Part shown: positions 63,703-64,000 of the stretch, in pieces
How the letters are laid out: every line of letters starts with the position of its first letter
Numbering within the stretch: position 1 is the first letter of the stretch
DNA from: Chiloscyllium plagiosum
Taxonomy: Eukaryota
Direction of reading: 5' to 3'
Assembly: GCF_004010195.1 (NCBI RefSeq)
Contig: NC_057717.1
Location: forward strand, 103,387,025 to 103,451,024
Length of the DNA stretch: 64,000 nt
The notes under the pieces: model-generated
Database searches by the model: none
Told to the model about the DNA's origin: nothing
The model's input: the letters and a program-made list of their open reading frames with translations, nothing else
Position numbers and translations under genes: made by a program

Positions 63703-64000
63703 TAGATTTAGATTTAGATTAGATTAGATTACAGTGTGGAAACAGGCCCTTCGGCCCAACAAGTCCACACCGACCCACCGAAGCGCAACCCACCCATACC
63801 CCTACATTTACCCCTTACCTAACACTATGGGCAATTTAACATGGCCAATTCACCTGACCTGCACATCTTTGGACTGTAGGAGGAAACCGGAGCACCCGGA
63901 GGAAACCCACGCAGACACGGGGAGAATGTGCAAACTCCACACAATCAGTCGCCTGAGGCGGGAATTGAACCCAGGTCTCTGGCGCTGTGAGGCAGCAGTC
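63703..64000 (-). mobile_element. HE1-type V-SINE, running off the window end
   Basis: (tagat)n tail and V-domain; near-identical to 8270-8581. Confidence 0.92.

Noticed and set aside
7250..64000. PIN1 or other mammalian OLFM2 neighbour genes
   Set aside because: No matching peptide seen by eye; short exons cannot be excluded without TBLASTN

Overview
Vertebrate, almost certainly shark (elasmobranch), genomic DNA, inferred from the HE1/V-SINE and CR1 repeat content. It has three assembly gaps. The only host gene supported is the 3' end of olfactomedin-2 (OLFM2/noelin-2) on +: a 107-bp exon (272-378), a ~6.1-kb intron and the terminal coding exon (6454-7131) with a polyA signal. The remaining ~57 kb has no recognisable host exon and is packed with CR1-type LINEs, V-SINEs, other tRNA-SINEs, a deleted Gypsy element, a Rex1 fragment, a MITE, three minisatellites and a degenerate telomeric tract. 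The most striking signal is more than 20 short Penelope-like (PLE) terminal-repeat inserts from at least four sequence families. Each family carries a minimal type-I hammerhead ribozyme core (CUGAnGA-stem II-GAAA-NUH) with its own compensating stems. Many copies are fold-back hairpins with 11-17-bp target-site duplications, and many have lost the core at CpG sites. One sits about 70 nt upstream of the OLFM2 last-exon acceptor. Boundaries were read by eye and repeat family names are unverified by database search.
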